Of a stretch of DNA of 64,000 bases, positions 60,047-64,000 are shown piece after piece. A program made the position numbers and the translations under genes. The number at the start of each line of letters is the position of its first letter. The first letter of the stretch is position 1. This DNA comes from a virus. Under the pieces are notes generated by a model that searched no databases, had not been told where the DNA came from, and saw only the letters and a list, made by a program, of their open reading frames with translations. Location: positions 5,127 to 69,126 of the IMG/VR virus record IMGVR_UViG_3300027747_004308; one strand, written 5' to 3'.

Positions 60047-60628
60047 ATGGCCGATGTATCCATCTCTGATCTCTCTGATCTGGCTCCTGCTTCTAATACC
60101 TATATTCCTCTATCAAACGGAACAACAACGGGAAGAGCTTTAACAAATAATCTACCCGGCCTTACGCCCATAGGAGGCATCATTATGTGGTCAGGATCCT
60201 TAGCCTCCATACCAACAAATTGGGCATTATGCAATGGATCTAATGGTACCCCCAATCTTCAGGATAGATTTATAGTAGGAGCAGGTAGCTCATATGCAGT
60301 CAATGGAACAGGGGGATCGGCTACTGCATCAGGAAGTACAGATGCAACTGCTCTTTCATTGAGTCAAATACCCTCTCATTCCCATACTGTATCAGATCCA
60401 GGCCATTCACACCTTTTATCGCCAAGTTATGGCATGTATGCAGGCATCGGATACAACCCGATCATTCTTACAAATAATTACACCTCTTCTCAAGTTGGAA
60501 CTACACAAAATAAAACAGGAATCTCTATTGCAGCAACTGGAGGCAATCAAGGACATAGTCATACAGTATCTTCTATTGGTACGATTCCTCCTTATTATGC
60601 ATTAGCTTATATAATGAGGGTATCTTAA
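60047..60628 (+). CDS. tail collar-domain short fibre (MADVSISDL leader)
   Basis: Collar motif; HSH repeats. Confidence 0.85.
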   Translation: MADVSISDLSDLAPASNTYIPLSNGTTTGRALTNNLPGLTPIGGIIMWSGSLASIPTNWALCNGSNGTPNLQDRFIVGAGSSYAVNGTGGSATASGSTDATALSLSQIPSHSHTVSDPGHSHLLSPSYGMYAGIGYNPIILTNNYTSSQVGTTQNKTGISIAATGGNQGHSHTVSSIGTIPPYYALAYIMRVS

Positions 60629-60629
60629 T

Positions 60630-61187
60630 ATGGCAGACGTTACGATTACCGATCTTCCCACAATTACTCCTTCAAGAGGATTGACTGTACCAGCCTCTGA
60701 TGGAACAACTACAGGAAAGCTAACTATTACACAAATTGCTGATCAAATAGTTCCTATAGGTTCCATACTATTATGGTCAGGATCCATAGCTAGTATACCA
60801 ACAAATTGGGCATTATGTAATGGATCTAATGGTACTCCAGATCTTAGAAACAGGTTCATTGTAGGGGCTAATGTCGATAATGCAGGAGTTGCTAATACCA
60901 ATATTACAGGTTCAAACACTCAGACGGGAGGTACCAAGGATGCTATTGTAGTTGATCACACCCATTCGGTATCAGATCCCGGTCATGTTCATTCAATTAC
61001 TGGTACTATATTTTCTCAAACATTTGGACCCAATATTGGGGTTGGAGCAAGCTCTACATATTCTAAAGTTAATCCAAATACTAATTCTGCTACAACTGGA
61101 ATTTCAGTTAATTCTACTGGCCAATCAGGCTCTAATGCCAATCTTCCTCCATATTATACCTTGGCTTATATCATGAGAACAAGCTGA
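60630..61187 (+). CDS. tail collar-domain short fibre (MADVTITDL leader)
   Basis: Collar motif. Confidence 0.85.
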   Translation: MADVTITDLPTITPSRGLTVPASDGTTTGKLTITQIADQIVPIGSILLWSGSIASIPTNWALCNGSNGTPDLRNRFIVGANVDNAGVANTNITGSNTQTGGTKDAIVVDHTHSVSDPGHVHSITGTIFSQTFGPNIGVGASSTYSKVNPNTNSATTGISVNSTGQSGSNANLPPYYTLAYIMRTS

Positions 61188-61373
61188 ATTGGCTGGATAA
61201 ACTAATAAAAAACACATAGAATTTGGGGTTTTTTCAGGGAAAATGTAGTATTTTTAATAGGACTGGATGGGCCCGGATTCTGTCGTTATAAGTAGTTAGA
61301 GCAGAAATACAGAAATAATGGGGAATATAATTAAATGCTGGTATTCTAATTCGGCGGCCTTCATAATACGAGA

Positions 61374-61676
61374 ATGATGCATGAAACAGAACAAACGCTT
61401 CCAAACTTCTGGCCTAAAGAGCAGATAGGCCTTCCCCTAGAACTAATCATGAGCCTGAATGATGAGGCCCGTGCTCTATATGATAAGATCTACGATTACT
61501 GTACCTACTCCTCAGACCCTCAGTACCAGGTACTCCATAAGTTCCGTAACCAGATAGACCGCCTGGCGAACACTGGTGACCGGGAGGTGCTCATTGGCTA
61601 CTTCAATCAAGATCCTGCTATTCGATTCAACGGTATGCACTGTGAGCCTTTCCAATACTATAGTGAACCTTACTAG
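61374..61676 (+). CDS. hypothetical protein
   Basis: CATAAT-N6-ATGATG start. Confidence 0.7.
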   Translation: MMHETEQTLPNFWPKEQIGLPLELIMSLNDEARALYDKIYDYCTYSSDPQYQVLHKFRNQIDRLANTGDREVLIGYFNQDPAIRFNGMHCEPFQYYSEPY

Positions 61677-61794
61677 TCTATTATCCCCGTTTAACTATTA
61701 TCCCTGTCTATATCTCACATGAACTCGGACAACGATTATCCCCGTTTGGATATAATAAGCTTGTTTATCTATCACGTGCACATATAATGATCAT

Positions 61795-62076
61795 ATGAGT
61801 TCGCCTATAGAAGAGCAGATTGACTGGGTCAAACAGCAAATCATGGACCAGGTAGATGCGGGGATTGAGAACTTCACCCTCGATGGTAAGGTATTAGAAT
61901 TTGCCAAGATAGTGGTTAACTCTGTTGTAGGTAAAATCGATGTGTCCCATGCCCTGGACTACTTCTACCATCTCCAGGATACCGGGGAACTCCGACCCGG
62001 GAAAGACCGAATCATCTGTCTCATTGAGTACCTTGTACAATGGGTAGAATTAGAATTGGCCAGACGTTATGCTTAG
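61795..62076 (+). CDS. hypothetical protein
   Basis: TATAAT-N6-ATG start. Confidence 0.7.
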   Translation: MSSPIEEQIDWVKQQIMDQVDAGIENFTLDGKVLEFAKIVVNSVVGKIDVSHALDYFYHLQDTGELRPGKDRIICLIEYLVQWVELELARRYA

Positions 62077-62399
62077 TATATCCATCGATACTCTATTCGC
62101 AGGTATTGTACCTTTCTTCTTTGTATGTTTTGGTGTGATATGGCTTGGCTTTAAGATTATAGATCTTTTTAAGAAAAAGTAAAGCTTTTATAACTCCTTT
62201 ATAATTGGGGTTTGCTAAATAGTTGATCTCCCCTACCATACCCTAACTACTTGATACTATAATACTGTTTGTAGTTTGTTCAGAACCAACAATCCAACCA
62301 CCCTTCATACTCAACACCTTTACGCGTAAAGTAGCGGTCTAGAGTCCCCCCCTCCTCTCCTAATATAAGATGGTGCTGCTGTCCCTAACTTATCCATAT

Positions 62400-62427
62400 A
62401 GTATAAAGGAATTGCAGAATCTGTCAA
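62400..62427 (-). promoter_or_regulatory. leftward sigma70-type promoter
   Basis: Minus strand TTGACA-N16-TATACT. Confidence 0.75.
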
Positions 62428-62485
62428 TAACAAAATACTTTAAGTTTTGTATTGAACAAACTGCTAAATCCATTATAATAGTAGT

Positions 62486-62725
62486 ATGTTAAATAAATCA
62501 AACCAAAAACAATACCAACAACTATATAAACAATTTGAAAAAGCATTTTGGAAAATGTATAACTTTACTGAAAAGCATAAAGTAGAAGGTATTGAGGGTA
62601 GTGTGCATTTTATTGAAAGTATTGATTTGTGGAGTATTGAAGTAGAAGGGTGTAATGATTTGAATGAAGAAAACAAAAAGTTAAGGGCTAAATTGGGTTT
62701 GAAGGATTGTGAAAGTATTGACTAA
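62486..62725 (+). CDS. hypothetical early protein
   Basis: Own promoter. Confidence 0.8.
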   Translation: MLNKSNQKQYQQLYKQFEKAFWKMYNFTEKHKVEGIEGSVHFIESIDLWSIEVEGCNDLNEENKKLRAKLGLKDCESID

Positions 62726-62751
62726 ATCCAAATTTCAAATATAATATAAAA

Positions 62752-62922
62752 ATGAAAATTAATAAAAATGAATTGAAGGTGGGTTATATATTTGAAGGTA
62801 GTGAGGGTAGTGATGAAATTGTAGTGCATATTGATAATGATGATGGGATGGTTTATTGTAGGCATTTAGAGGAAGATGGTAATAGATATAAAATTGAAAG
62901 GGATGGAAGTATTAAAGTTTGA
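62752..62922 (+). CDS. hypothetical early protein (56 aa, not in ORF track)
   Basis: MKINKNELKVGYIFEG...; own promoter. Confidence 0.75.
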   Translation: MKINKNELKVGYIFEGSEGSDEIVVHIDNDDGMVYCRHLEEDGNRYKIERDGSIKV

Positions 62923-62959
62923 GGTTGACAAAATATTAAATTACAGATATAATATAAAA

Positions 62960-63274
62960 ATGAAAATTAATAATAGAGAATTGAATAAGAAAGTTAGGGA
63001 ATTGTTTGTTAAGAAATTGGAAAGTGAAGGTATGGATGGTAAGAAAACTGTTAAATATAATTGTGAGAGATATAATAATGAATTGTGGAATGGTAATAAG
63101 GTTGTGTGGAAGAGTTATGGATGGTTTGGATATGAAAAGGTTTGGAGATATATTGTAGAAGAAATTAATAAAATTGATAGTGGTTGGGTATTGTTAGAAA
63201 GTGCAAGTTGGAGGGGAGATGGTAATGTGTGGGGTATGAGTAAAGAATATAGAAATTTGGAGTTGACAAAATAA
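62960..63274 (+). CDS. hypothetical early protein
   Basis: Start moved to MKINNRE after promoter. Confidence 0.8.
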   Translation: MKINNRELNKKVRELFVKKLESEGMDGKKTVKYNCERYNNELWNGNKVVWKSYGWFGYEKVWRYIVEEINKIDSGWVLLESASWRGDGNVWGMSKEYRNLELTK

Positions 63275-63297
63275 GCAATTCCAATATAATAAGGAGT

Positions 63298-63603
63298 ATG
63301 ATGAAAACAAAGATTGTAAAAGTATTAACTAAATTGAAACAAGATGCTGAATTGGATATGAAAGAGAGTTTGGAGAGTGGATGTGGAGAGGGAGATGGAT
63401 TGGAGGATGTGTATCCTTATTTGCAGAGTATAGTTAAGATTGCCAATTTAACTGATAATAAAAAGAGTGATAGGATTTATAGGGTGTTGAAGGGGTTTAA
63501 TGATGAAGCTTTTTTCCATTTATATGAATGTATGTGGGATAGTTTTGATAATACATTTATTGAAAAAGCTGTTAAAAAGATTGAGAAGATTTTGGTTGAC
63601 TAA
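63298..63603 (+). CDS. hypothetical early protein
   Basis: Own promoter. Confidence 0.8.
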   Translation: MMKTKIVKVLTKLKQDAELDMKESLESGCGEGDGLEDVYPYLQSIVKIANLTDNKKSDRIYRVLKGFNDEAFFHLYECMWDSFDNTFIEKAVKKIEKILVD

Positions 63604-63648
63604 AAACTGATTTCACCTATACTAATAATAAGAAAGAAGGATATAAAA

Positions 63649-63942
63649 ATGAAATATGTGGCTTTAAATATTGATACTGAATGTGGTGGAGATGGTTGGG
63701 TGCAGAATTATAATGAAGAAGAATTGAAAGAAAATGTGAGTGGTTTTAGGTTTTCTGAAAAGATGGATAGTGGTGTTAAGTTTTATAATGATGGTGAAGA
63801 AGATTTTAGCACTTTGATAGTGTTGAATGAGAAGGGGTTAAATGAGTTAAGAAAAATGTTGGATGGAGCTAAACCCTTCTATCCCAACAAATTAGATTAT
63901 AAGAGTTGGTTGAATAGTGTTGAAGAAGATGATGATGAGTAA
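63649..63942 (+). CDS. hypothetical acidic early protein
   Basis: Own promoter. Confidence 0.8.
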   Translation: MKYVALNIDTECGGDGWVQNYNEEELKENVSGFRFSEKMDSGVKFYNDGEEDFSTLIVLNEKGLNELRKMLDGAKPFYPNKLDYKSWLNSVEEDDDE

Positions 63943-64000
63943 GATTTGAGTTGACCAAATAAGCAATTCCCATATAATAGGAGGATGATGAAAACAGAAA

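Larger units (their letters stand above)
62452..63978 (+). promoter_or_regulatory. array of six strong early promoters
   Basis: -35 at 62452, 62718, 62925, 63263, 63596, 63951, each with -10 TATAAT/TATACT 16-17 nt downstream. Confidence 0.85.

Noticed and set aside
44442-61187. Complete DGR or invertase-driven fibre switch within the window
   Set aside because: No reverse transcriptase, template repeat, recombinase or inverted crossover sites seen; all paralogs are in the same orientation
1-64000. Stop-codon reassignment
   Set aside because: Genes are intact in code 11; TAA, TAG and TGA all terminate genes; no suppressor tRNA seen

Overview
This 64 kb window is part of a large, AT-rich tailed dsDNA phage genome using the standard genetic code. 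No capsid, terminase or polymerase gene is visible. From left to right it contains: (i) a minus-strand block with dCMP deaminase, a PD-(D/E)XK nuclease, a roughly 7.5 kb glycan synthesis/modification cluster, and fibre, FG-GAP and Thr-Pro-rich virion proteins; (ii) many small orphan genes, a RadA/Sms-like ATPase and a trypsin-like protease; (iii) six tRNAs, two with non-canonical arms; (iv) four gp38-like glycine-rich adhesin genes and seven dispersed short-fibre genes sharing an MADVxIS(D/E/Q)L leader; (v) a PEP-CTERM protein with a PVC-type prepilin, which suggests a Verrucomicrobia/Planctomycetes host, followed by heme oxygenase and a PcyA/PcyX-like bilin reductase; (vi) an unannotated ~400-nt transcription unit (45113-45514) that looks like a large structured ncRNA; (vii) a CpG-free array of early promoter-gene cassettes at the right end. 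Two promoter patterns recur, TTGACN-N16-YATAAT and TAAATA, both mostly 5-7 nt upstream of the ATG, implying mostly leaderless mRNAs. All protein family calls are by visual motif recognition; no database searches were run.
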